A stretch of DNA of 64,000 nt from Nitrosopumilaceae archaeon (GTDB lineage: Archaea; Thermoproteota; Nitrososphaeria; Nitrososphaerales; Nitrosopumilaceae), in NCBI GenBank assembly GCA_965203465.1, contig CBDBCR010000002.1:1-64000 (forward strand), written 5' to 3'. Each line of letters opens with the position of its first letter. The first letter of the stretch is position 1. A model generated the notes under the pieces. That model worked only from the letters and a program-made list of their open reading frames with translations, was not told the origin of the DNA and did not search any database. Of the stretch, positions 19,217-28,115 are shown one piece after another. Both the position numbers and the translations under genes were made by a program.

Positions 19217-21694
19217 GTGGAGATAACGCCGGTCAACTACCGGCTCGAGTTCGAGCCGGACTTGAAGCGCGCCAAATTCTCCGGCTCCGAGGTGCTCACC
19301 GCCGATGCCGGCGGGCGCGCCGGCCCGTTCTGGCTCCACTCCGCGGAGCTGGACGTATCCTCGTGCTCCGTCCGCCAGGGCGGCGAGCAGATACCCTGCA
19401 GCTTCCGCGCCGACCCAAAGTCGGAAAAAATACACGTCTCGCCCCGGCGCCCGGTGCGCGGCAGGTTCGAGCTGCACTTGCGCTTCGAAGGGATCCTCAA
19501 CGACAGGCTGCTCGGGTTCTACCTGAGCCGGTACCGGCAGAAGGGCGTGGAGCAGCGTATGGCCACCACGCAGTTCGAGGCGGCAGACGCGCGCCGGGCG
19601 TTCCCCTGCATAGACGAGCCGGCCGCCAAGGCCACCTTCGACATATCGATATCCGCGCCAGAGGGCCTCGAGGCCGTCTCCAACATGCCGGTGGCCTCGC
19701 GCCGCAAAAAAGGGGGCAGGACGGTGCACCGCTTCGAGACCACGCCGGTCATGTCCACGTACCTGGTGTACTTGGCGGTGGGCCGCTTCGAGCAGGTCTC
19801 GGCGCGCCACGGAAAGGTGCGCGTGCGCGTCCTGACGGTTCCGGGCAACGGGGAGCGGGGCCGCTTCGCGCTGCGCCTCGCTGTCAGGCTCTTGGCAGAG
19901 TACGAAAAATACTTCGGGATAAAGTACCCGCTGCCAAAGCTGGACCTGCTGGCCGTGCCAGACTTTGCGGCCGGCGCGATGGAGAACTGGGGCGCCATCA
20001 CGTTCCGCGAGACGCTGCTCTTGTACGACCCAAAGACGTCGTCCTCGCGCACGCGGCAGCTGATAGCCGAGGTGGTCTCTCACGAGCTGGCGCACCAGTG
20101 GTTCGGCAACCTGGTGACCATGGAGTGGTGGAACGACCTGTGGCTCAACGAGAGCTTTGCCACGTTCATGGCCACAAAGTTCGTAGACAAGCTGTACCCG
20201 GAGTGGGACCTGTGGGACCAGTTCCTCGAGGACGCGATGAACACGGCCATGGACCTGGACGCGCTCGAATCGACGCACCCCATAGACGTGGAGGTAAAGA
20301 GCCCCGCGCAGATACGCGAAATATTCGACGCCATATCTTACGACAAGGGCGGGTGCATACTGCGGATGCTGGAGCGCCACGTGGGCGAGCCAAAGTTCCG
20401 GCGCGGCCTGCGCGAGTACCTGCGCCGGTTCCGGTACGGCAACGCCTCGGGCGACGACCTGTGGCGCGCCATCGGGCGCGCCTCGGGCTCGTCGGTGCTC
20501 CCGCTGGTGCGCGGCTGGCTGGAGCGGCCCGGCTTTCCGCTCGTCGAGGCGCGCCAGTCCGGCCCGCGCGTGACACTCTCGCAGCGCAGGTTCCGCCTCC
20601 TGCCGGGCCGCGCGGGCGGCACCTGGCAGATACCCGTAGAGGTCGCCGGGCGCAGGATACTGCTCAAGGAAAAGTCGCGCGCGCTGCGCGCGCCGCGCCA
20701 CTCCGACGTGCTGCTCAACCCGGGCAGGCACGGGTTCTACCGCGCAAAGTACGACGGCGGCATCATGCTGGACCTCAAGATGCTCGCCGACTCCAAAAAG
20801 ATGCCGCACGTGGACCGCTGGGCCGTGCAGAACGACCTGTACGCTCTCTGCCTGGCCGGGCAGGCGCGCGTGGGCGAATACCTCGACTTTGCCGACGCGT
20901 GCCTGGGGGACGCCTCGCCGCTGGTCGCCGGCGACGTCTCGCGCAACCTGTATTCTGCGTACATGGCCTGCTTCGGCGAGCCGTGGGCAGAGGCCCTCAG
21001 GGCGTACGCGCGCATACACGCCTCCAAGTCGCTGGCCAGGCTCGGCTGGGAGCCGCGCAGGGGCGAAAGGCAGACCGAGGCGCTGCTGCGCGCCTCGCTG
21101 ATACCGATGCTGGCCCGCCTGGGGGACGCGCGCGTCGCCGAGCGAGCGCAGGGCCTGCTCGGGCCGCTGCTGCGGGGCAGGTCGGGACTCCACCCGGACC
21201 TGCACGAGCCGGTCATGTCCGCCGCCGCGTGGGCCGGCGGCAGGGGCATGCACGCCGGCCTGGAGCGCGCCCACCGGCGGGCCGGCACGCAGGAGCAGAA
21301 GGTGCGGGTGCTCTCGGCGATGTGCTCGTTCGGCGACGCCGGGCTGCTGCGGCGCACGCTGGACTTTTCGCGCACGCCCGAGGTGCGCTCGCAGAACATG
21401 CACCTGCCCGTCATGCGCGTGGCGGCAAACCCGCGCGGCAGAAAGGTGCTCTGGCCGTGGGTCAGGAAGCACTGGACCGAGCTGTCCGGCAAGGTGGGCC
21501 GGGGCAACCCGCTGCTGGCCCGCGTGGTCTCCAGCGTGGGCACGGCCTCGGGGCCGGAGGACGAGGCGCGGGTGCGCAGGTTCTTCAAGTCCCACCCGGT
21601 GCCGGGCACCGAGCGGGCCCTCGAGCAGGCGATGGAGAGGATGCGCGCCAGGGCGCGCCTGCGCGAGTCGGCCAAAAGGGAGTTTGGCGCGTGA
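19217..21694 (+). CDS. M1 family aminopeptidase
   Basis: TQFEAADARRAFPC, GAMENWG, HELAHQW...LNE, YDKG. Confidence 0.95.
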   Translation: MEITPVNYRLEFEPDLKRAKFSGSEVLTADAGGRAGPFWLHSAELDVSSCSVRQGGEQIPCSFRADPKSEKIHVSPRRPVRGRFELHLRFEGILNDRLLGFYLSRYRQKGVEQRMATTQFEAADARRAFPCIDEPAAKATFDISISAPEGLEAVSNMPVASRRKKGGRTVHRFETTPVMSTYLVYLAVGRFEQVSARHGKVRVRVLTVPGNGERGRFALRLAVRLLAEYEKYFGIKYPLPKLDLLAVPDFAAGAMENWGAITFRETLLLYDPKTSSSRTRQLIAEVVSHELAHQWFGNLVTMEWWNDLWLNESFATFMATKFVDKLYPEWDLWDQFLEDAMNTAMDLDALESTHPIDVEVKSPAQIREIFDAISYDKGGCILRMLERHVGEPKFRRGLREYLRRFRYGNASGDDLWRAIGRASGSSVLPLVRGWLERPGFPLVEARQSGPRVTLSQRRFRLLPGRAGGTWQIPVEVAGRRILLKEKSRALRAPRHSDVLLNPGRHGFYRAKYDGGIMLDLKMLADSKKMPHVDRWAVQNDLYALCLAGQARVGEYLDFADACLGDASPLVAGDVSRNLYSAYMACFGEPWAEALRAYARIHASKSLARLGWEPRRGERQTEALLRASLIPMLARLGDARVAERAQGLLGPLLRGRSGLHPDLHEPVMSAAAWAGGRGMHAGLERAHRRAGTQEQKVRVLSAMCSFGDAGLLRRTLDFSRTPEVRSQNMHLPVMRVAANPRGRKVLWPWVRKHWTELSGKVGRGNPLLARVVSSVGTASGPEDEARVRRFFKSHPVPGTERALEQAMERMRARARLRESAKREFGA

Positions 21695-22083
21695 GGCGCA
21701 AGCTCGCCGCGGCCGCCGTGGGGGCCGTGCTCGCAGTCTCGGCGGCCGCCGTGCTCGTGCCGCCCGACGACTCTGCGTACAGGGAGGCGTTCGACCTGGA
21801 CGCCGTGTACCGGGACGGGACCATACGCGTCACGTTCGTGGACCGCACCGGGGAGGCCGGAAGGGCGGTGCTCGAGGTGCTGGGCATGCGCGAATCGTTC
21901 CAGCGCGAGTTCTCCGGCTCGTTCGAGGCCGACGTGCCCTACGGGCAGCCGCCGCAGCTGGGCTGGAAGGTCTCGCCGGTGACAGTCGCCGTCGAGCACC
22001 CAGATCTGGGGCGCGTGGGGGTAAAGACCGAGGTACGGGGGCCCGGCGAGCCCCCCAAGGCCCTCGTGTTCGGGCCCCTGTGA
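21691..22083 (+). CDS. hypothetical secreted/membrane-anchored protein
   Basis: signal-like N-terminus; GTGA overlap with peptidase stop. Confidence 0.7.
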   Translation: MRRKLAAAAVGAVLAVSAAAVLVPPDDSAYREAFDLDAVYRDGTIRVTFVDRTGEAGRAVLEVLGMRESFQREFSGSFEADVPYGQPPQLGWKVSPVTVAVEHPDLGRVGVKTEVRGPGEPPKALVFGPL

Positions 22084-22095
22084 TCGGAAAAAAGG

Positions 22096-22515
22096 TCAGT
22101 TGCACATTGTAGGCATTCTGGCGGCCAGATCGTCTCCCATGTACGCGTCGGACGAGCCGTCCGGCGCGGTGCAGTTGTACGTGATGGTCCTCTGGTTGGT
22201 CTCTTTGTTGACGTCTATCTGCAGCGAGTTTTCGCCGTCGGGCGTCGAGAGGCGGAAGCCGTAGTCGAAGCCAAAGTCGTCCAGCCGCTTTTCGTATTCG
22301 GGGTGCCTTTCGACAAAGGCCGCCGTCTCGGGCAGCGCCATGAATCCTGCCTCCATGTCGGCCCCGCTCTCCTCCATCATCTCGTTCATCGCGTTGATCT
22401 CGTCTGCCATCTCGATGAACGGGGCCGCAAAGTACGCCACCACGGCCACGCCGGCCGCGGCGAGCACCACGATCGCGGCCGCCACGCCTATGAGCACCTT
22501 GAACGCTGTTCTCAT
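22096..22515 (-). CDS. hypothetical membrane-anchored acidic protein
   Basis: MRTAFK + TM helix; TTATATA box ~23 nt upstream. Confidence 0.7.
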   Translation of the reverse strand: MRTAFKVLIGVAAAIVVLAAAGVAVVAYFAAPFIEMADEINAMNEMMEESGADMEAGFMALPETAAFVERHPEYEKRLDDFGFDYGFRLSTPDGENSLQIDVNKETNQRTITYNCTAPDGSSDAYMGDDLAARMPTMCN

Positions 22516-22584
22516 GGCTTTACCTGCCGTGTCGGTATATAACGGCCATGACAGATTTATTGCGGCTGGGGGGGGCCCGCGCCC

Positions 22585-23490
22585 GTGAAGGAACTGGCAG
22601 ACGGCGTGCGCCGGGGGCAGCGACGCGACGTCGCGCGCGCCATATCGGTGATGGAGGACGACCCGCGCGGCGCGCGCGCCCTGCTGCGGCGCATATTCCC
22701 GGAGACGGGCCTCGGGGGGATCGTGGGCATAACGGGGCCGGCCGGCGCCGGCAAGAGCACACTCATAGACCGGCTCTCCGTCGAGATGAAAAAATCCGGC
22801 GCCAACCCCGCCGTGCTGGCCGTCGATCCGTCCAGCCACGTGACCGGCGGGGCGGTCTTGGGCGACCGCACGCGCATGTCCGATTCGACGGATTCGGGCA
22901 CGTACATACGCAGCATAGCCACGCGCGGCTCGGCCGGCGCGCTGGCCCGCTCCGTGCGCAACAGCGCCCGGATACTGGAATACGCCGGCTTCGATCCGGT
23001 CATAATCGAGAGCGTCGGCGCCGGCCAGACCGAGATCGCCATATCGGAGATAGCCGACGCGGTCGCCGTGGTCTTCACGCCGCACACCGGCGACAGCATA
23101 CAGGCGCTCAAGGCGGGCCTGACCGAGATAGGCGACGTGTACGTGGTCAACAAGTCCGACCTGCCCGGCTCGTCGAGGCTTTACGATTCGGTGCGCGAGT
23201 ACGTCGGGGGGAAGGGCGGCGCCGAGGTGGTGCGCGCCTCGGCCAAAAAGGGCACCGGGATATCGGATCTCGCCTCGCTGCTCCTCAAGATGTCGTCGGA
23301 CAGGCGCGGCGGGCGCGATCCGGACAGGCTGGTATCGGAGGTGCGCGACATCGTTTTAAGCAACCTTTCAGAGAGGGTCGACGGCATGCTGGCCTCCAAA
23401 GAGTGCGCGAGGCACATCGAGGGCGTGCGCTCGCGCAAGCTGGATCCGATGACCGCCGCCGAGCGCGTCACGAGGGCCGTGCTGGGGTGA
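22585..23490 (+). CDS. meaB: methylmalonyl-CoA mutase-associated GTPase
   Basis: GITGPAGAGKST, AVDPSS..TGGAVLGDRTRM, ESVGAGQTE, NKSD. Confidence 0.95.
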   Translation: MKELADGVRRGQRRDVARAISVMEDDPRGARALLRRIFPETGLGGIVGITGPAGAGKSTLIDRLSVEMKKSGANPAVLAVDPSSHVTGGAVLGDRTRMSDSTDSGTYIRSIATRGSAGALARSVRNSARILEYAGFDPVIIESVGAGQTEIAISEIADAVAVVFTPHTGDSIQALKAGLTEIGDVYVVNKSDLPGSSRLYDSVREYVGGKGGAEVVRASAKKGTGISDLASLLLKMSSDRRGGRDPDRLVSEVRDIVLSNLSERVDGMLASKECARHIEGVRSRKLDPMTAAERVTRAVLG

Positions 23491-23494
23491 TCCG

Positions 23495-25045
23495 TTGGGG
23501 CCGGTCACAGATTCGGGCATACCCGTAAAGAGGATATACCGAAGCCCAAAGGGCGAGGACGCCGGCAGGTACCCGTTCACGCGCGGCATACACAGGGGCA
23601 TGTACCGCGACCGGCTCTGGACGATGCGGCAGTACTCGGGGTTCGGCGACGCGGCCCTGACGCGCGAGCGCTTCAAGTTCATGCTGGACAAGGGCCAGAC
23701 GGGCCTGAGCATGGCCTTCGACCTGCCCACGCAGATAGGCCACGATCCCGACTCGGAGCGGGCCGAGGGCGAGGTCGGCCGGGTCGGCGTCTCCATAGGC
23801 TCCGTAAAGGACATGATGACCGCCTTCGACGGCATACCGCTGGGCAGGGTCAGCACGTCCATGACGATAAACTCGACGGCCTCTACGCTGCTGGCCTACT
23901 ACGTGGCCGTCGGCCGCTCGCAGGGATTTGAGGGCTCGCAGCTGCGCGGCACCACGCAGAACGACATCCTCAAAGAGTACATCGCGCGCAACACGTACAT
24001 CTACCCGCCCCGCCCGTCGATGCGCCTCATAGGCGACATGATAGAGTACTGCGCGAGGGAGGTGCCGCAGTGGTACCCCGTCTCCATATCGGGATACCAC
24101 ATGCGCGAGGCCGGCTGCACCGCCGTCCAGGAGGTGGCGTTCACGCTGGCAAACGCGATAGCCTACATCGAGACGTGCCTGGAGCGCGGCCTAAAGATAG
24201 ACGACTTTGCGCCGCGGCTCTCGTTCTTTTTCTGCTGCACCATCGAGTTCTTCGAGGAGGTGGCAAAGTTCCGCGCGGCCAGGCGCGTGTACGCAAAGAT
24301 ACTGCGCGAGCGGTTCGGCGCCCGCAAGCCGCGCTCGATGCAGCTAAAGTTCCACACGCAGACCAGCGGGGAATCGCTGACCGCGCAGCAGCCGGACAAC
24401 AACGTGGTGCGCGTGGCCATCCAGACGATGGCCTCGGTGCTGGGCGGCACGCAGTCGCTCCACACCAACTCGCGCGACGAGGCGCTCGCGCTGCCCACCA
24501 AGGAATCGGCAAAGATAGCTTTGCGCACGCAGCAGATAGTGGCGCACGAGAGCGGCATAACAAAGACGGTCGATCCGCTGGCCGGCTCGCACTACATGGA
24601 GGATCTGTGCTCCCGCGTGGAGGAGGGCGTCTGGCGGTACCTGCGCAGGATAGACCGGATGGGCGGCTCGGTGCGGGCCATCGAGCGCGGCTTTTTCCAG
24701 TCCGAGATACGGGCCAACGCCTACAGGCTCAAAAAAGAGGCCGACGAGGGCTCGCGCGTGCTAGTCGGGGTCAACAAGTACGCGGAACAAGAAGAGCAGC
24801 CAAATCTGCTCCGCATAGACGCCTCGGTGGAGCGCGCGCAGCGCCGGGCCATGAAGGAGCTGCGCTCGGGGCGCGACGGCAAAAAGGCCGAATCGGCGCT
24901 CTCGAAGCTTGCCTCGGCCGCCGAGGCCGACGGCAACCTGATGCCTGCCATAATAGGGGCGGCCGGCGCGTACGCCACGACCGGCGAGATAAGCGGGGCG
25001 CTGCGCGGCGTGTTCGGCGAGTACAGGCCGCGCGAGGTCTTTTAG
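23495..25045 (+). CDS. methylmalonyl-CoA mutase, substrate-binding (large) subunit
   Basis: [34 protein letters not shown]; no B12-binding domain. Confidence 0.95.
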   Translation: MGPVTDSGIPVKRIYRSPKGEDAGRYPFTRGIHRGMYRDRLWTMRQYSGFGDAALTRERFKFMLDKGQTGLSMAFDLPTQIGHDPDSERAEGEVGRVGVSIGSVKDMMTAFDGIPLGRVSTSMTINSTASTLLAYYVAVGRSQGFEGSQLRGTTQNDILKEYIARNTYIYPPRPSMRLIGDMIEYCAREVPQWYPVSISGYHMREAGCTAVQEVAFTLANAIAYIETCLERGLKIDDFAPRLSFFFCCTIEFFEEVAKFRAARRVYAKILRERFGARKPRSMQLKFHTQTSGESLTAQQPDNNVVRVAIQTMASVLGGTQSLHTNSRDEALALPTKESAKIALRTQQIVAHESGITKTVDPLAGSHYMEDLCSRVEEGVWRYLRRIDRMGGSVRAIERGFFQSEIRANAYRLKKEADEGSRVLVGVNKYAEQEEQPNLLRIDASVERAQRRAMKELRSGRDGKKAESALSKLASAAEADGNLMPAIIGAAGAYATTGEISGALRGVFGEYRPREVF

Positions 25046-25075
25046 GGATATATGGGGCCCGGCCGGCGCGCCCGC

Positions 25076-25477
25076 GTGAAGCTGGATCACGTGGCCATCG
25101 CCGTGGAGAACCTCGAAGAGGCCGCAAAGGCGTACTGCTCGGCGCTGGGCACCTCGGACGTAAAGTACGAGACCGTCGAATCCGAGGGCGTGCGCCTTGC
25201 CATATTCAGGCTGGAGGAGGGCCGCCTGGAGCTGATGCAGCCTCTTTCCGGAGACGGGCCCATCGCCGACTATCTCCGGAAGCGCGGCCCCGGCATACAC
25301 CACGTGGCGCTGCAGACCCCCGACGTCGACGCCGAGGCAGAGCGCATGTCCGGATCGGGCGTGCGCCTCATCGGGGGCGTGCGCGACGGCTCCGAGGGCA
25401 CCCGGATAGCCTTCGTCCACCCAAAGTCGCTGTGCGGGGTGCTAGCCGAGCTGTGCTCGCCGCCCGAACATTGTTAA
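25076..25477 (+). CDS. mce: methylmalonyl-CoA epimerase
   Basis: LDHVAIAV, LELMQP, GPGIHHVAL, FVHPKS..GVL.E. Confidence 0.93.
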   Translation: MKLDHVAIAVENLEEAAKAYCSALGTSDVKYETVESEGVRLAIFRLEEGRLELMQPLSGDGPIADYLRKRGPGIHHVALQTPDVDAEAERMSGSGVRLIGGVRDGSEGTRIAFVHPKSLCGVLAELCSPPEHC

Positions 25478-25488
25478 CTTACATTGTT
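25467..25488. promoter_or_regulatory. tandem AACATTGTT / TACATTGTT putative operator
   Basis: pseudo-palindrome upstream of the TTTTATTA box of the 25527 gene. Confidence 0.6.
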
Positions 25489-25526
25489 TGCTCGGCCTTT
25501 ATTACCGCCGCGACGTACCGTATCCA

Positions 25527-26381
25527 ATGAGAAAAACGACGATGGCGGCGCTGGCAGCCGTCGCGGCGGCCGCTGCCGCCGGCGGCGCGCTGGCGACCGA
25601 TTCTTACGCAGAGCACGAGGCGTGCCCGGCTTGGTCCGAGCAGGACGAAGCAGAGGCGGATCTGATCTTCGATCAGATCGACGAGGTCATGGCCGGGTAC
25701 GGGTTCGTATACCAAGAGCCGGAACTGTCCGAAGTGCAGGAGGCAGCGCTGGAGCAGGCCGTATCGGAACTTGAGGCGAGGCTCGAAGAGCGCATGCCCG
25801 AGGCCGGCTACTGGGGCGCCCCGACCCCGGAGCAGGCAGCCGAGATGGCGGCGCTGTACGCCGAGGCCGAGGCCGAGTACGAATCGCTTCTGGCAGAGTA
25901 CGGATTCGTAATCGAAATACCGGAGCTCTCAGAGCAGGACGCCGAAAGCATGGACGCCGAGCTTGAGCCCCTCTACGATCGGCTCGACGCCCTGGAAGGC
26001 GGATGCGAGGCCCACTCGGCCGCAGATGATCTGGTGCACGATCAGATCGACGAGGTCATGGCAAGATACGGGTTCGTATACGAGGAGCCGGACCTGTCCG
26101 AAGAGCGGGAGGCCGCGCTCGACTCCGAGCTAGACGAGCTGTGGTCCGAGACGGAGCGCGCGGCCTTGTCCGGATACGACGGGTACTCTGTGCCGACTCC
26201 CGAGCAGGCGGCCGAGCTGGCGCGCCTGTACGCCGAGGCCGGGGCCGCAGAAGAGCGGATACTGCGCGGGTACGGGTTCGTAATCGAGACGCCCGATCTC
26301 TCCGAGCAGGACGCCGAAAGGCTACGGGCCGAGCTCGAGCAGCTCTACGAGCAGCTGCACGATTCGGAGCGGCCGCACTGA
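25527..26381 (+). CDS. secreted acidic protein with internal duplication
   Basis: signal peptide; two ~123-aa repeats, each with two YGFV..P(E/D)LSE motifs. Confidence 0.8.
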   Translation: MRKTTMAALAAVAAAAAAGGALATDSYAEHEACPAWSEQDEAEADLIFDQIDEVMAGYGFVYQEPELSEVQEAALEQAVSELEARLEERMPEAGYWGAPTPEQAAEMAALYAEAEAEYESLLAEYGFVIEIPELSEQDAESMDAELEPLYDRLDALEGGCEAHSAADDLVHDQIDEVMARYGFVYEEPDLSEEREAALDSELDELWSETERAALSGYDGYSVPTPEQAAELARLYAEAGAAEERILRGYGFVIETPDLSEQDAERLRAELEQLYEQLHDSERPH

Positions 26382-26393
26382 CAGGCGCCCCGC

Positions 26394-26406
26394 TTTTTTT
26401 TTCTTT
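26394..26406 (+). terminator. oligo-T archaeal terminator candidate
   Basis: T9-C-TTT directly after the stop of 25527..26381. Confidence 0.5.
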
Positions 26407-26409
26407 CAC

Positions 26410-26419
26410 AACATTGTTA
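26410..26419. promoter_or_regulatory. AACATTGTTA putative operator overlapping wHTH promoter
   Basis: identical to 25467-25476; ~25 nt upstream of the GTG. Confidence 0.6.
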
Positions 26420-26443
26420 TTCGCCGGGCAGGCCGCGCAGCGC

Positions 26444-26737
26444 GTGGCGTCCGGGTACCGAGATCGCATATTCATGCGCAAGGACGTCATACTGAAACTG
26501 GCAGAGTACGGGAGGCTAAACCAGACGCGCCTGTTCAACTACTGCGGGCTCAACTCTTCGAAGCACCGCGACATACTCGACGGCCTGGAGCAGAAGGGGT
26601 TCATATCAAAGACTGTCTCGGGGGAGGCCGGCTCGCGCACGACGGTCTATTCGGTCACGCCAAAGGGGCTGGAGTTTTGCGCCCGCGTGCTGGAGCCGTA
26701 CGAGCAGATGTTCCCGAGGGATAACAATGTTACATAG
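26444..26737 (+). CDS. winged helix-turn-helix transcription regulator
   Basis: YRDRI...DVI, TRLFNYCGLN, LEQKGFI, YSVTPKG. Confidence 0.85.
   Translation: MASGYRDRIFMRKDVILKLAEYGRLNQTRLFNYCGLNSSKHRDILDGLEQKGFISKTVSGEAGSRTTVYSVTPKGLEFCARVLEPYEQMFPRDNNVT
26722..26732. promoter_or_regulatory. TAACAATGTTA putative operator
   Basis: palindrome just upstream of the TTTTAA box of the 26769 gene. Confidence 0.6.
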
Positions 26738-26768
26738 GGATTTTAACCGGCGCCCCGATCCGGAGCGC

Positions 26769-27542
26769 GTGTCCAAAGAGAGCGCCGGCATAGCCGAGAT
26801 AGCAGAGAGGCTCATAATGCACATGGATCGCAGCAGGCGCCTGTACGTGCTGCTCATCGTGGCCTCGTTCGCCTCGGCCATCACGTCCATGGCGTTCATG
26901 GGCCTCATGCTGGCGCCCGGAGGCGTGCCGGCGACCGGCCCCGATTACGAGTTCTACCCCGACATCGCAGGCGATCCGTCCCTGTACCCGGGAGGCGGCC
27001 TGCTCGGCTCTTACGAGGGGACGTTCGAGGGCAGGCTCCTTGGCGAGGCCGACGGCTCTGCCGGCCCGTATTACGGCGAGTTTGTCGGCTCTTTCGGGGG
27101 CCGGGAGGCGGCCATGTCCGGCGAGTTCTCCGGCTCTTTCGACGGCCGGTTCGAGTACTTTGGCGACGGCATGGGCTCGGACTCGTTTGGCATGTACGAG
27201 GGGACGTTCGAGGGGGCGTTCCGCGGGGCGTTCTACGGCATGGAGGATCCCGACGGGTTTGCAGGCTTGCTGGAGCGCGACGAGGCAGGATACGAGGTGG
27301 TGTACATTCCAGAATACGACGGCACGCCGCTGTTCCTGGCCTCGGACGGGGACGGGCCGCCCACCGACATCACGTCCGCCTTGGCGGGGTTCCTCGGCGC
27401 GATGGCCGGCATCTCGCTGCTGGTGCTGTACGTGGGCCTGCGCGAATCGATGTTCTACTCGGACTGGGCGCCTAGGTTCAAGAGGTTCAGGGAGCAGCGC
27501 GAGCAGATAGAGCGGGACTTGGAATCTACTCCATCATCCTGA
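26769..27542 (+). CDS. two-TM membrane protein with Gly/aromatic-repeat loop
   Basis: TM1, GSYEGTFEG-type repeats, TM2, basic/coiled C-tail. Confidence 0.75.
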   Translation: MSKESAGIAEIAERLIMHMDRSRRLYVLLIVASFASAITSMAFMGLMLAPGGVPATGPDYEFYPDIAGDPSLYPGGGLLGSYEGTFEGRLLGEADGSAGPYYGEFVGSFGGREAAMSGEFSGSFDGRFEYFGDGMGSDSFGMYEGTFEGAFRGAFYGMEDPDGFAGLLERDEAGYEVVYIPEYDGTPLFLASDGDGPPTDITSALAGFLGAMAGISLLVLYVGLRESMFYSDWAPRFKRFREQREQIERDLESTPSS

Positions 27543-28083
27543 GCGTGTCAGAGGCCGTTATTATGCCGGTTATGCGGGCGCCCTTTGAGACTAGGATGCA
27601 CTTTGAGTACCTGATGAGGGGGACCAGCACGTTGGCCGGGGTGCCGTGATCGACTACCGGCGGCACCGGATCCATGATGTCCGAGACGCGCGTCTTTTTC
27701 AGGTCCGAGCCGCCCGAATCGGAGAGGTGCCGCAGTATCCCGTCCTCCGAGACGATGCCGACCGGATCGGGGCCGTCGAAGACGGGCATCTGGCTTATGG
27801 ACATGGCGCGCATCTTTTCTATGGCCTCCTGCAGGGTGCTGTCCTGCGAGGTCTTTGCCACGTCGGTGCTGCAAAAGTCGCCGGCCGTGTGCGACGAGGA
27901 TTCGCCCTCCATCCTGGCTAGCGCGTCGAACACGCGCCTGGCAGTCTCGTAGCTGGGCCTGCTGCGGCCCGACTCTATCTGGTTTATCATGGATGTGCTC
28001 ACGCCGGCAGCCGAGGCCAGCTTTTTCTGCGTGGCCCCTATCCGGGTGCGTATCTCGCGTATGGTCTCTATGCGGGGGAGCAT
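27526..28083 (-). CDS. HTH_3 + CBS domain transcription regulator
   Basis: TQKKLASAAGVSTSMINQIESGRSRPS; ISQMPV; GIITASD. Confidence 0.92.
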   Translation of the reverse strand: MLPRIETIREIRTRIGATQKKLASAAGVSTSMINQIESGRSRPSYETARRVFDALARMEGESSSHTAGDFCSTDVAKTSQDSTLQEAIEKMRAMSISQMPVFDGPDPVGIVSEDGILRHLSDSGGSDLKKTRVSDIMDPVPPVVDHGTPANVLVPLIRYSKCILVSKGARITGIITASDTLRMME

Positions 28084-28115
28084 GCGGCCTGCCCCCGTCG
28101 GGGGCGCTTAAAATG

